Assembly (NCBI GenBank): GCA_963667925.1 | Contig: OY764080.1 | Span: forward strand, 310,501 to 374,500 | Reading direction: 5' to 3' | From: Chloroflexota bacterium | Lineage (GTDB): Bacteria > Chloroflexota > UBA11872 | Length of the DNA stretch: 64,000 bases | Shown here: in pieces, positions 9,861 to 19,547 of the stretch | How the letters are laid out: each line of letters opens with the position of its first letter | How positions within the stretch are numbered: position 1 is the stretch's first letter | Position numbers and translations under genes: made by a program | The notes under the pieces: generated by a model | Told to the model about the DNA's origin: nothing | Seen by the model: the letters and a program-made list of their open reading frames with translations, nothing else | Databases searched by the model: none

Positions 9861-10415
9861 TTACTGAAATCGCTCGCGTTGGTCGATGGCCTGTAGCAGG
9901 TCGGTGAACAGCGCGAGCCCCTCACGCGCAAGCTGCACGACTTGGCCAAAGCGCTCGGGAAAGGCCATCTCGGCAAGGCGCGCCTTGATCTGGTCCACGA
10001 GTTCCTGGTCCTCTGGTCCCAGGAACTCGGAAAGATCGTCAATGTCGTCCGCAAGGTGGGTGGCTGTGTTTAGGGTCTGGGCGTGAATCCGCCGCAGCGC
10101 ACGGTGTCTGTAGTGATCGACTCTCAGTTGCACGGCCCCAAGTCGAAACGACCTTCCGCCGTATCCGTCTTCCAGCATGTAAAGCTCGAACTCAGCCAAC
10201 ACTTGCTGGAAATGAATTAGTGTCCGACGGGCCGCGAACCACGCGGCCCGAAAACGGTCACGTTGCGCTCGCTCCTGGAACTGGCGCGCTCGCCGGGTCT
10301 CAAGGAACGCGGCGCCGCCCGCCACCACGCCCATGATTCCAAGTGCGATCGCAAAGGGATCGGGGTCAATTAGCTCACCGTCATCGGCAACGGCGGCTAT
10401 CGGTTCATGACGCAT
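9861..10415 (-). CDS. Hypothetical protein with one N-terminal transmembrane helix
   Basis: ATG 10415; hydrophobic 'FAIALGIMGVVAGGAAFL' followed by a helical charged domain; no family recognised. Confidence 0.55.
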   Translation of the reverse strand: MRHEPIAAVADDGELIDPDPFAIALGIMGVVAGGAAFLETRRARQFQERAQRDRFRAAWFAARRTLIHFQQVLAEFELYMLEDGYGGRSFRLGAVQLRVDHYRHRALRRIHAQTLNTATHLADDIDDLSEFLGPEDQELVDQIKARLAEMAFPERFGQVVQLAREGLALFTDLLQAIDQRERFQ

Positions 10416-10530
10416 AACGTGGGCGGGTCCTCGGAACTCAGGTGCCTCGCACGTTACGTGGCCCGACGCCGTTAGACGGTAGGAATGGCTACGAATAGGC
10501 TCAGGGAACCCTGAGCCAGCAGGTTCACCG

Positions 10531-11028
10531 ATGTCCACGTCCGATCTGCCCATCACCATCCGTGGCTTTGAAGCACGCGACCAGGCCCGCATCCGCGAGT
10601 TGACCCTGGAAGGCTTCGACGGCGTCAGCATCGACCAGAACGCTGACCGCCTGCTGGGCCTGGACTCCGAGCCGCTCTGGAAGACGCGTAAGTGGGCGGG
10701 CGTGAAGGCCGAGTTAGAAGCCTCGCCATCCGACCATTTCGTGGCCGTGCTGGACGGCGAGGTCATCGGTTACATCACCACCAATCCGCAGCCCGCCGCC
10801 GGCATCGGCCAGATTCCCAACATGGCCGTGGACGCCCGCTACCGGCGGCGCGGCGTGGCCTCGCGCCTCATCAAGCACGCCCTCGGCCATCTACGCGCCC
10901 GAGGCATGCGCGTCGCCAAGATCGAAACGCTCGTGCAGAACGCCCAGGGGCAGACGCTCTACCCGAGCTTCGGCTTCCAGGAAGTCGCCCGACAGATCCA
11001 CTACGTGCGCCGCCTGGACGACGCCTGA
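10531..11028 (+). CDS. GNAT family N-acetyltransferase
   Basis: 'MAVDARYRRRGVASRLI' motif A, 'LYPSFGF' motif B. Confidence 0.88.
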   Translation: MSTSDLPITIRGFEARDQARIRELTLEGFDGVSIDQNADRLLGLDSEPLWKTRKWAGVKAELEASPSDHFVAVLDGEVIGYITTNPQPAAGIGQIPNMAVDARYRRRGVASRLIKHALGHLRARGMRVAKIETLVQNAQGQTLYPSFGFQEVARQIHYVRRLDDA

Positions 11029-11043
11029 GCCGGCTCTGGCCCG

Positions 11044-12051
11044 CTAGCGCCAGTCGAAGAGACAGCCCACCAGCGACGGCTCGAAGTCGAACAGCAGGTC
11101 GTAGATCGACTCGAACTCGCTGCCCTTCACCCGGTGCGTGATCAGCGGGTCCAGGGTGATCCGGCCGGCCACGGCCAGCCGTGTCGCCACCGCCACGTCG
11201 CGGCGCGCCGACCACAGAACCGGCAACGCGTTCAGTACCGGGTTGTCCTCGGCGTCGGGCTGACGGATCGAGTCGTGGGCGCCAATGATCGTCAGCCCTT
11301 TCTTGTGCACGTCGCGGTAAAAGTTGACGCTCTCGGTCGACCCGCGCGTGCTTCCCAGCAACACCACGCGCGCGTAGTGACCGGCCATGATGAACGCGTC
11401 GTTGATCGGCGCCGGGAAGCCGGTCGACTCGATCACCACCTGCGGGCCGCCGGTGTGACCCTCGGCCAGCGCGGCGCGTTCCTCCTCCGAGGTCGGGTCC
11501 ATGCTCTCGAGCCACGGCACGGCTTCCGCCATGGCGCGCCGCGAGGGATCCAGGTCGGCCACCAGCACCCGTCCGGCCCCCGCCACGTAGGCGAACTGCG
11601 CGGCCAGTTGCCCGATCAGCCCGCCGCCGATGACCAGCACCGTCTCGCCCATCTCGACCCGCGCCTTGCGCACCGCCTGCATGCTGATCCGCAGCATGGT
11701 GTGAAAGGCCGCTTCCTGGTCGGGCACGTCGTCGTCAACCAGGAATACGTCGCGCATGGGGGCCAGGTCCGCCGTGGCGTGCCGGCCCCGTGTCAGCACC
11801 CGCGTGCCCGGCGCCAGGTCCACACCCGCGCCCGCCGCCACAACCTCGCCCACCGCGCTGTAACCCACGTTGCGCGGCCATACCTGGGAGGGCGTGTTCG
11901 GCAGCGCCAGCAGCGAAGCCCGCTCGGTGCCCGGCGACATGGCCGTGACGTGGTGGCGCACCAGGACTTCCCCGGGGCCCGGATCGCCAAGCTCAATCGT
12001 CTCCATCTGAATCGTCTCGACCGAGTGACTGACCAGGACTTGCGCTTGCAT
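11044..12051 (-). CDS. MDR-family (zinc-binding alcohol dehydrogenase-like) oxidoreductase
   Basis: 'SPGTE', 'GYSAVGEV', 'GETVLVIGGGLIG', 'VIESTG', 'LITHR'; only the C-terminal half of the long listed ORF is plausible. Confidence 0.82.
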   Translation of the reverse strand: MQAQVLVSHSVETIQMETIELGDPGPGEVLVRHHVTAMSPGTERASLLALPNTPSQVWPRNVGYSAVGEVVAAGAGVDLAPGTRVLTRGRHATADLAPMRDVFLVDDDVPDQEAAFHTMLRISMQAVRKARVEMGETVLVIGGGLIGQLAAQFAYVAGAGRVLVADLDPSRRAMAEAVPWLESMDPTSEEERAALAEGHTGGPQVVIESTGFPAPINDAFIMAGHYARVVLLGSTRGSTESVNFYRDVHKKGLTIIGAHDSIRQPDAEDNPVLNALPVLWSARRDVAVATRLAVAGRITLDPLITHRVKGSEFESIYDLLFDFEPSLVGCLFDWR

Positions 12052-12150
12052 GCGACCGGCCGCCTTGGGTTGCCATCCGAGCATTGGCAGCCTGCCACAG
12101 CCGCCCGTTGCGCGTACGATGCAGGCTCCCGGCGCGTACCTGGAGCATTC

Positions 12151-13293
12151 ATGCAAATCACCAAAGTCGAACCGCTGTTCCTGGACCAATACCTGCTGGT
12201 GCAGGTGCACACCGACAACGGGCTGGTGGGCCTGGGCGAGTCCGGCTCCTGGGGTTTCCTGGAAGCCTCCGCCGCCGCCATCGAAAAGATGGGCCGCTAC
12301 CTGGTGGGCGAGGACCCGCTGCGGATCGAGCACCACTGGCAGTACATGTACCGCTGGAGCCACTTCCGCGGCGCCGCCGTCATGGGGGCGCTCAGCGCCA
12401 TCGACATCGCGCTCTGGGACATCGCCGGCAAGTACTTCGAAGTCCCCGTCTACCAGCTTCTCGGCGGGCACGTACGCGACCGTTGCCGCGTCTACTACCA
12501 CGTTCTCGGCGACACCCGCGAAGCCCTGGTGCAGGGCGTGGCCGACGCGCGTAAAGAGGGCTACACCGCCGTCGGCCACCTCTCGCCCTTCCTGGACGAA
12601 GAACGCGACGTGACCTATTTCAAGACTCACGTGGACAAGATCGAAGACGCCACCGAAGCCGTCCGGCTCTACCGCGAAGCCGCCGGCAACGAGGTGGACC
12701 TCTGCGTCGAAATCCACCGCCGCATGACCCCCACCGAGGCCGTCCAGCTGGGTCGCGCCATCGAGAAGTACACCCCCTACTTCTTCGAGGACCCGGTCAC
12801 CCCCGACAACCTGGACGAGATGGCCTACGTGGCCTCCAAGATCAACATCCCCATCGCCACCGGCGAGCGCTTCAGCTCCCTCTGGGAGTTCGACATGTGC
12901 CTGCGCCGCGACGCCGTGCAGTACGTGCGCCCCGACGTGTGCATGGTCGGCGGCATCACGGGCAGCAAGAAGGTCGCCGCCCTGGCCGAGGCGCGCCACG
13001 TGGGCGTGGTCCCGCACAACCCGCTCAGCCCCGTCAGCACCGCCGCCTGCCTGCAGGTGGCCGCCGCGGTTCCCAACTTCGCCCTGCAGGAACTACCCCT
13101 CGGCGAGACCGTGCCCCCCAAGAGCGTCATGGTCGACGGCATCCACCCGCACGACGGCGAGGGCTACATCCGCCTCACCGACCGCCCCGGCATCGGCGTC
13201 ACCCTCAAACCCGACGCCGCCCAAAACGCCCCCTACAAACCCCGCGAAATCCACACCCGGCTAGGGGCCGACGGGGCGGTGGTGGATCAGTAG
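12151..13293 (+). CDS. Enolase superfamily dehydratase, galactonate dehydratase (DgoD)-like
   Basis: 'SAIDIALWDIAGK', 'EIHRR', 'FFEDP', 'IATGER', 'VPHNP'. Confidence 0.88.
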   Translation: MQITKVEPLFLDQYLLVQVHTDNGLVGLGESGSWGFLEASAAAIEKMGRYLVGEDPLRIEHHWQYMYRWSHFRGAAVMGALSAIDIALWDIAGKYFEVPVYQLLGGHVRDRCRVYYHVLGDTREALVQGVADARKEGYTAVGHLSPFLDEERDVTYFKTHVDKIEDATEAVRLYREAAGNEVDLCVEIHRRMTPTEAVQLGRAIEKYTPYFFEDPVTPDNLDEMAYVASKINIPIATGERFSSLWEFDMCLRRDAVQYVRPDVCMVGGITGSKKVAALAEARHVGVVPHNPLSPVSTAACLQVAAAVPNFALQELPLGETVPPKSVMVDGIHPHDGEGYIRLTDRPGIGVTLKPDAAQNAPYKPREIHTRLGADGAVVDQ

Positions 13294-13305
13294 GTTGGCG
13301 GCCGC

Positions 13306-14238
13306 TTAACCCGCCTGCTCCTCCAGCTCCGCCACCCGCTCCAGGGCTTCGGCCCAGATATCGCCTGGGATCGCTGAGGTGGCTTCGCGGACGTTGGTCT
13401 CCATCTCGTAGGCCGAGGCCGCGCCGGTCAGGACCACGTCGATGTCCTCGTTGGCCAGCACGAAGCGCATGTTCAGGTGACGCAGGTCCACCTGGCGCTC
13501 GCGGCACCAGGCGTACCAATCGCGGGCGCGCTGGATGTCCTCGGGCGGGTACAGGTCGGTCAGGTTGGGCCTAACCTTCAGGGCGATCATCGGGTCGCCG
13601 TGCGCCAGCAGGCCTTGCAGCTGCGGCGAGCCCAGGATCACGCCCACGCCGTTGGCCTTGGCGTGGCGGATCAGCGGCGCGGCCGTCTGGCGCACCAGGC
13701 TGTAGTCGGCATAGGTCAGGATCGCGTCCACCCGCCCGGCGTCGATGGCCTGCCGGTGGAAGTCCAGGTCTCGTACGCCCAGCCCGATAGCTTCCAGGCG
13801 GCCCTCGTCCCGCAGGGCCTCCAGCGTGTCGAACCCGTCGCCCGGCGCCATCACCGGCTCCATCGCCGGCGGGTCGTGGATCAGCACCAGGTCCAGCTTC
13901 TCGCGACCCAGCAGCCGTGAACTGTCGTCCAGCGACCAGCGCAGGTCCTCGGCCGTATAGCTGAACTGCCGGCTGGGATGGGAGCCGACCTTGGTGGAGA
14001 TCAGCAGCTCCGGCAGGTCCATGCCCTCCATGGCCTTCCCCAGGTTCTCCTGGCTGTTGCCGTAGAGCGGCGAGGTATCCAGGCAGCGCACCCCCAGGTC
14101 GTACAGGCGCTGCAGCGTGGCGCGCACTTCGGGCACGGTGATGAGGTGCACCATCCCGCCCATGTGCGCCGCGCCCAGGGCCAGGCGGGTCGGGTACAGG
14201 TTGGTTCGGCCCAGGCGGCGTCGTTCCAGCGCGCTCAT
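13306..14238 (-). CDS. Aldo/keto reductase
   Basis: 'RRRLGRT', 'LDTSPLYG', 'ISTKVG', 'LDLVLIHDP'. Confidence 0.88.
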   Translation of the reverse strand: MSALERRRLGRTNLYPTRLALGAAHMGGMVHLITVPEVRATLQRLYDLGVRCLDTSPLYGNSQENLGKAMEGMDLPELLISTKVGSHPSRQFSYTAEDLRWSLDDSSRLLGREKLDLVLIHDPPAMEPVMAPGDGFDTLEALRDEGRLEAIGLGVRDLDFHRQAIDAGRVDAILTYADYSLVRQTAAPLIRHAKANGVGVILGSPQLQGLLAHGDPMIALKVRPNLTDLYPPEDIQRARDWYAWCRERQVDLRHLNMRFVLANEDIDVVLTGAASAYEMETNVREATSAIPGDIWAEALERVAELEEQAG

Positions 14239-14242
14239 CGGC

Positions 14243-15292
14243 TTACACCCAGCCGTGCTGGATCTGCACGGGCTCGCCCGCGGCCTGCGAGGACCACTCC
14301 TCGCCCGACTCCAGCACGACCTCGCTGCGGGTGAGTTCCGAGGTCTCCGCCGCCAGCAGGATCTCCTGGATATGACGACCGTATTCACCGGGAACCGGGC
14401 TCTCGATGTCCTGCTCGATGGCCTCGGCAAACCGTCCCCACTCCAGCCGCATGTTCTGCGGCCAGTAGTCGTAGTCCACTTCGTCCCAGCTGTCGCCCTT
14501 CCCGATCCAGAGGCCGCGGCCGGAGGCGCTGTGCGCAAACTTCAGGCTGCCGTTGGCGCAGATCACGTGCGTCTCGTGGTTCGGTCCACCATCGGCATAG
14601 CCCACGGACACAACCACTCCGGCCAGCCCGTTCTTGTAGCGGATAAAGGCCGTAGCCGAGTCGTCGCCCGCCTGGTAGTGCGCCCGAGTGCCGATCGAGG
14701 CCGACACCGACGCCGCCTGCGAGCCCATGAACCACGTCACCCGGTCCACCACGTGCACCCCGTTGCTCAGCCACATGCCCCCGCCGTGATAGCGGCTGCG
14801 GTACTGCGGCCGCCGGCTGGCGTGGTTCCAATTCTTGGACATGTAGCTCACGATGGTGATCAGGGGGCCCAGCTCGCCCGAGTCCAGGATCTCCTTCGCC
14901 TTGATGTTCACCGGCAGAAAGTGGTTGGTCAGGCCCACCATCAGCTTCACGCCGTTGGCGCGGGCGGCGGCGATCATCTCGTCGCACTGTTCCAGCGTCA
15001 GCGCCATCGGCTTCTCCACCAGCACGTGCTTGCCGGCGTTCAGCGCGTCCACGCTCAGGCGGTGATGCAACTGGTGACCCAGCACCACGCCCACCGCGTC
15101 AATGTCGGGGTCTTCCAGGAGTTCTGTGTGCGACGCATAACCCGTGGCGACGTCGTAGGTGTCCATGTACTCCGCGCGCGTGGCCTCGATCAGGTCGGCG
15201 CAGGCCACGATCTCCACGTCGTCCAACTCCGCGATGCCCTGGGCGTGGGAACGGGCGATACCGCCCAGGCCGATCATTCCAACTCGCAACAT
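14243..15292 (-). CDS. Gfo/Idh/MocA family oxidoreductase
   Basis: 'VGMIGLGGIA', 'GKHVLVEKPMA', 'GGGMWLSNGVH'. Confidence 0.9.
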   Translation of the reverse strand: MLRVGMIGLGGIARSHAQGIAELDDVEIVACADLIEATRAEYMDTYDVATGYASHTELLEDPDIDAVGVVLGHQLHHRLSVDALNAGKHVLVEKPMALTLEQCDEMIAAARANGVKLMVGLTNHFLPVNIKAKEILDSGELGPLITIVSYMSKNWNHASRRPQYRSRYHGGGMWLSNGVHVVDRVTWFMGSQAASVSASIGTRAHYQAGDDSATAFIRYKNGLAGVVVSVGYADGGPNHETHVICANGSLKFAHSASGRGLWIGKGDSWDEVDYDYWPQNMRLEWGRFAEAIEQDIESPVPGEYGRHIQEILLAAETSELTRSEVVLESGEEWSSQAAGEPVQIQHGWV

Positions 15293-15562
15293 CGTGGTGG
15301 ATCCTCGATCGAGCAACTGTGCGGACCGTGCCAGCCACGCGCATGGGCGTCAATTCCGGGCGCCGGAGATCCTGCCGGAGCCTCGGCGAGAGTCCCAAGA
15401 CGAACGGCCCGCCACGACCCAGGCTATCCTTGAACTGCGCGTCAAGCGGCCCAGCCGTGCCAAGGGTGGGACGCGCTTGGTACCGCTGCGGCAGCGATTC
15501 GGACATAGGGTCCAGCCGCCGAGTTGCCGGGGAACCGACCGGCATGCGAAGGAATCAGGGAC

Positions 15563-15802
15563 GTGGTAGCAAACGCGCACCGCGAATCGCGCGACCCTTT
15601 GAGCGACGAGCTGAAGCTGATGACGGATGACGTGCGGGCCGAGATGAACCGGCTGCGCGACACCTTCGAGACCCACGGCGTGACCAAGGCGGATCTCCAC
15701 GCGATGGAAACACGCCTGGTCAAGTGGATGCTTGGGCTCATGCTCAGTTCGCTGAGTGCCGCGGTCATCATTTCCGTCGCCCTCGGCCGGCTGTCGACCT
15801 GA
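15563..15802 (+). CDS. Small coiled-coil protein with C-terminal TM helix (DUF1640/CCDC90-like)
   Basis: 'TKADLHAMETRLVKWMLGL' pattern followed by a hydrophobic tail; GTG start after an AGGGA RBS. Confidence 0.55.
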   Translation: MVANAHRESRDPLSDELKLMTDDVRAEMNRLRDTFETHGVTKADLHAMETRLVKWMLGLMLSSLSAAVIISVALGRLST

Positions 15803-15952
15803 GGCCCGGCTGACCACGGCGGCAGAGCGTGTGGGGCCAACGGGCCATGGTCGTCGCTCACTCGTACATGTCGGCCGACGCCTGCTGCGGTCTCCAGTCA
15901 GGGCTGCCCTTGGCTCGGGGTATTATTGGCGGCTGGCCGCTGGACTTGAGCC

Positions 15953-16177
15953 GTGATTTCCAGGCGTCACGTCATTCGCCTTGCGCCCGCCGCACTCGCG
16001 GCCCTGACTGCCGGAGCGCTTGCCGCGTGCAGCGGCTCCCAGAGCGATGCTCCCGGGCAGTTCAACTTTCCCAGGGTCCGCGACGGGCATCAGTACTACA
16101 TCTCCGAAGAGGAGCGCGCGAAGCTGCAAGAGCAGGCCGCCGGTGGCTACACTCCCACCCCCAAGACCGGTAGCTAA
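15953..16177 (+). CDS. Small putative Tat-exported lipoprotein, unknown function
   Basis: 'SRRHVI' twin-Arg motif, lipobox 'LAAC'; paralog of the next gene. Confidence 0.65.
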   Translation: MISRRHVIRLAPAALAALTAGALAACSGSQSDAPGQFNFPRVRDGHQYYISEEERAKLQEQAAGGYTPTPKTGS

Positions 16178-16195
16178 CGAGCCGAAATCAGACCA

Positions 16196-16432
16196 GTGAA
16201 GTCACGTCGAACCGTCCTGAAACTCGCCCCTGTCGCCCTGCTCGGGCTGACAGCCCTGGGCGCCTGCGGCAGCCGCGTCGACGCCCCGGGCGGCTACGCC
16301 TTCCCCAAGCAGCGCCCCAGCAGCGATGACTACATGAGCCCGGAAGAGCGCGAAAAGCTCCGCCAGCAGGCCCTCGCCGAGAGGGCCGAACGCGAGAACA
16401 CCCAACAGGCAACCCCCGCCAGCGGCGGCTAG
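16196..16432 (+). CDS. Small putative Tat-exported lipoprotein, unknown function
   Basis: 'SRRTVL' twin-Arg motif, lipobox 'LGAC'; shares DAPG-x-(F/Y)-x-FP and (Y)xSxEERxKL motifs with the previous gene. Confidence 0.65.
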   Translation: MKSRRTVLKLAPVALLGLTALGACGSRVDAPGGYAFPKQRPSSDDYMSPEEREKLRQQALAERAERENTQQATPASGG

Positions 16433-16490
16433 CCTCGTAAGCTTGCTCACGCCGAGCAAAGCGACGACTTCTCTGTTCTGAGGTCTGCAC

Positions 16491-17261
16491 ATGGGTGTCC
16501 TTGATCAATTCAGCCTGGCCGGTCGAACCGCCCTGGTTACCGGCGGCGGAACCGGCATCGGCAAGGCGCTGGCAATTGGGTACGCCGAGGCCGGCGCCGA
16601 TGTGGTCGTTTGCGGACGGACCCAGGCGACGCTGGACGACACCGCTGCCGCAATTGAAGCCACCGGCCAACGCGCCCTGGCACTCACCGCCGACGTTACG
16701 AAGGCCGATGAAGTCAACGGCCTGATCGACAAGATCGTGGACACCTGGGGCCGCCTGGATATCGCCTGCAACAACGCCGGCGTCAACAACTGGGTGGACG
16801 CGGCGGAGATGTCGGAAGAGGACTGGGACTGGATTTACGACACCAACGTCAAGGGCGCGTTTCTCTGCTCGCAGGCCGAGGCCCGCGTGATGATCGCCGC
16901 CGGCCAGGGCTCGATCATCAACCTGGCGTCCATTTCCGCCCGGATCACCAACCGCCCACAGCCCCAGTCGCACTACAACTCCTCCAAGGCCGCGCTGGTG
17001 CAGCTCAGCAAGTCCATGGCCGCCGAGTGGGCGGCGCACGGGGTCCGGGTCAATTCGCTGAGCCCCGGCTACACCCGCACCGAGATGGCCGACGCCCCCC
17101 GCACCCGCGAGGCCCAGCCGATCTGGAAGCGCGACACCCCGCTGGGTCGCATGGCCGAGGTCGAGGAACTGCAGGGCGCCGCCGTCTTCCTGGCCTCCGA
17201 CGCCTCCTCCTACGTCACCGGCCACGACCTGATCGTCGACGGCGGCTTCACGGTCTGGTAG
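16491..17261 (+). CDS. Short-chain dehydrogenase/reductase (SDR)
   Basis: 'TGGGTGIG', 'NNAG', catalytic 'YNSSK', 'VDGGF'. Confidence 0.93.
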   Translation: MGVLDQFSLAGRTALVTGGGTGIGKALAIGYAEAGADVVVCGRTQATLDDTAAAIEATGQRALALTADVTKADEVNGLIDKIVDTWGRLDIACNNAGVNNWVDAAEMSEEDWDWIYDTNVKGAFLCSQAEARVMIAAGQGSIINLASISARITNRPQPQSHYNSSKAALVQLSKSMAAEWAAHGVRVNSLSPGYTRTEMADAPRTREAQPIWKRDTPLGRMAEVEELQGAAVFLASDASSYVTGHDLIVDGGFTVW

Positions 17262-17277
17262 ATCCGCCGTTGCGGCG

Positions 17278-18432
17278 TCAGGCTCGGCGCAGGGCCTGGC
17301 CTCGTCGGTAGGTCGCCACACGCCAGAGCCACTCGGCCGGACCGAAGCGGAACCGTTGCATCCAGGCCTTCGACCACCACAGTTGCAGCGTCCACACGGC
17401 CAGGACGAACAGCAGCAGGCCCGCGCGGTTCACGGGGGCGGCGTCCAGGATTAGCGTGAGGACCAGCACGCCCAGCACGGTTTGCGTCAGGTAGTTGGTC
17501 AGGGCCATGCGGCCGACGGCTCGGAAGCGCTGTGTGAGGGCGCTGTCCAGGCCCCGGTTCCAGAGGATGATCAGGCTCATGTAACCCAGTGAAGCCGGAA
17601 TCGTGCCGAGGGTATTGGGGACCTGGCCGATGAACGCCACGTCTCGGGAATAGTCGCCCAGCGCCGTGATCAGGGCGCCGAGCGCGGCGAGGGGCAGGCC
17701 GATGCCTATTCCAATGCCGGCCGTGAGCCGGTACGTCCTGGCCGACCAGGCGCCCTGCATGAAGCCCAGGCGGTAGAGCCCGGCGCCCATCAGGATCAGG
17801 CCCAGGCCGCGCAGGAAATAGCCGAGGACTGTGAGCCCCAGCACGGCGCCGTTGAGTCCGGCGAAGTCGGCCTCGTCTCCCCGGGAAGGAGCCCACAGGC
17901 CGCTGAGCGGCACGTCGGTTGCGTTCGTGACGGCCTGATTCACGAGGAGAACGGGAACGGAAAGCAGGAAGACGCACGCGCCGACCCCGATCAGCCACGG
18001 ACCCGGGAGCTTTCGCAAGGCGATGAGGAACAGGGCCGACACGGCATAGACGATCAGCACGTCGCCGTCCCACAGCAGGCTGTGCAGGATGCCGATGCCC
18101 AGCAGCAACCCATTCCGCCAGAGATTCAGCAGCACGGGACGACCGCCCCTGGCCTCGGCCCGCTCGATGAACAGCAGGATCCCGGCGCCGAAAAGCAGCG
18201 AGAAGATCCCCATGAACTTCTGGTCGACCAGGATCTCGCCGCCAATGCCCACCACCCAGTCCAACCAGGACTCCGAACCGCCCGCCCTGAGGTTGAGGTA
18301 GGGCGTGCGTCCGAACTTGAAGTGCACCACGTTCATCAGCAGGATCCCCAGCACGGCCACCCCGCGCACCAGGTCCAGGCTGGTGATGCGCGCAGATTCG
18401 GCGACAGGCGCGGCAATTGCATCCCGTTTCAC
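17278..18432 (-). CDS. DUF418 (YeiB-like) membrane protein
   Basis: 'RITSLDLVRGVAVLGIL', 'KFMGIFSLLFG', 'GRMALTNYLTQ', 'FGPAEWLWR'. Confidence 0.9.
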   Translation of the reverse strand: MKRDAIAAPVAESARITSLDLVRGVAVLGILLMNVVHFKFGRTPYLNLRAGGSESWLDWVVGIGGEILVDQKFMGIFSLLFGAGILLFIERAEARGGRPVLLNLWRNGLLLGIGILHSLLWDGDVLIVYAVSALFLIALRKLPGPWLIGVGACVFLLSVPVLLVNQAVTNATDVPLSGLWAPSRGDEADFAGLNGAVLGLTVLGYFLRGLGLILMGAGLYRLGFMQGAWSARTYRLTAGIGIGIGLPLAALGALITALGDYSRDVAFIGQVPNTLGTIPASLGYMSLIILWNRGLDSALTQRFRAVGRMALTNYLTQTVLGVLVLTLILDAAPVNRAGLLLFVLAVWTLQLWWSKAWMQRFRFGPAEWLWRVATYRRGQALRRA

Positions 18433-18500
18433 AGTCTGAAAAGCCTCTCCCTCGCTAGAGACCTACGCACAACGGTCCCTCGTCCTCGACGGTGCGCCAT

Positions 18501-18925
18501 TCTTCACCCTCTCCAGGCGACCGTTGCAAAACAGTCCCGCGTCCTTAGAGGTGCGGTCGCTCTTGCTCCCTCGCCCCGTGGGAGAGGGTTGGACCCTGCC
18601 CCGGACGCGATCCGGGGGTGAGAGTCTTCCGCGCAACCGCCCCTGGGTTGCGCAAGGGTCTCTCTCCAAGGAGACCTTTGCGAATTGCCCCTCGCCGTCG
18701 AAGGCGCGGCGGCTCCTGCTCCCTCTCCTGGGGGCTGCCAATTGTGTGGGGCGTCAAGTTTTTCAGGGTCGCGCTGCTCCTTACCCTCTCCTAGGGGAGA
18801 GGCAGATTCGGGCGTCTTCGGCCGAAATCGGTGAGGGGTCCTCCGGTCGAGGTCTCACACCCACCCCGTTCGTGGTGAGCCGGTCTGGAGTCCCCGGAAA
18901 GCCTGCCCTGAGCTTGTCGAAGGGA
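18501..18925. repeat. Degenerate REP-like palindromes upstream of the DUF559 gene
   Basis: TCTTCACCCTCTCC at 18501, CCCTCGCCCCGTGGGAGAGGG at ~18568, CCCTCTCC at ~18721, a near-complete unit at ~18784-18840, CCTGAGCTTGTCGAAGG at ~18907. Confidence 0.7.
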
Positions 18926-19052
18926 CCGTGTCGAACCACACACCTCGGATGAAGCACCCGACCCCAACCCATCCTCACCCTTCTGCCGCCGCCCACGCCT
19001 TGCCTCAGCGTGATCGCTCCGCCGGTCGACCACCCCCAATACACTAGTTCCC

Positions 19053-19547
19053 ATGTCCAAACCTGACCTTCCCTTCGAGGAGACCCCGAAGCGCCTCATC
19101 AACTTGGCGAGGGCTTTTCGAAGGCGCCGAACAAGCGCCGAAGGTGTGCTCTGGGGACTGGTGCGCAGTCGCCGCATGGGCGTTAAATTCCGACGCCAGC
19201 ACCCCATCGAGCCCTTCGTCCTCGACTTCTATTGCCATGAACTGCGCCTGGCCGTTGAGCTAGACGGCAGCCAGCACACCGCTCCGGCTCAACGCATCGG
19301 TGACGACCGCCGCACGGCCGCCCTGGCAGCTCGAGGAATCCAGGTGCTGCGCTTCTCGAACCTCGAAATCCTTCAGGAAACACAAGCCGTCGCCGAGACC
19401 CTCTGGCAAGCCTGCCAGCAGCGCCTCACAACGACTGACCGAAGACCACGGCAAGGCAGCCGCGGCTCTTCGCCCTGTCCAGGTGGAGAGACAGAGCCTG
19501 GCCCCAGCCTGCCGAGGGTTTCCGCCGTCCGCCACGGGAATCCGTGA
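19053..19547 (+). CDS. DUF559 (Vsr-like very-short-patch-repair superfamily) endonuclease
   Basis: 'TSAEGVLW', 'KFRRQHPI', 'VLDFYC', 'AVELDGSQH', 'VLRFSN'; the last ~27 codons are repeat-derived. Confidence 0.9.
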   Translation: MSKPDLPFEETPKRLINLARAFRRRRTSAEGVLWGLVRSRRMGVKFRRQHPIEPFVLDFYCHELRLAVELDGSQHTAPAQRIGDDRRTAALAARGIQVLRFSNLEILQETQAVAETLWQACQQRLTTTDRRPRQGSRGSSPCPGGETEPGPSLPRVSAVRHGNP

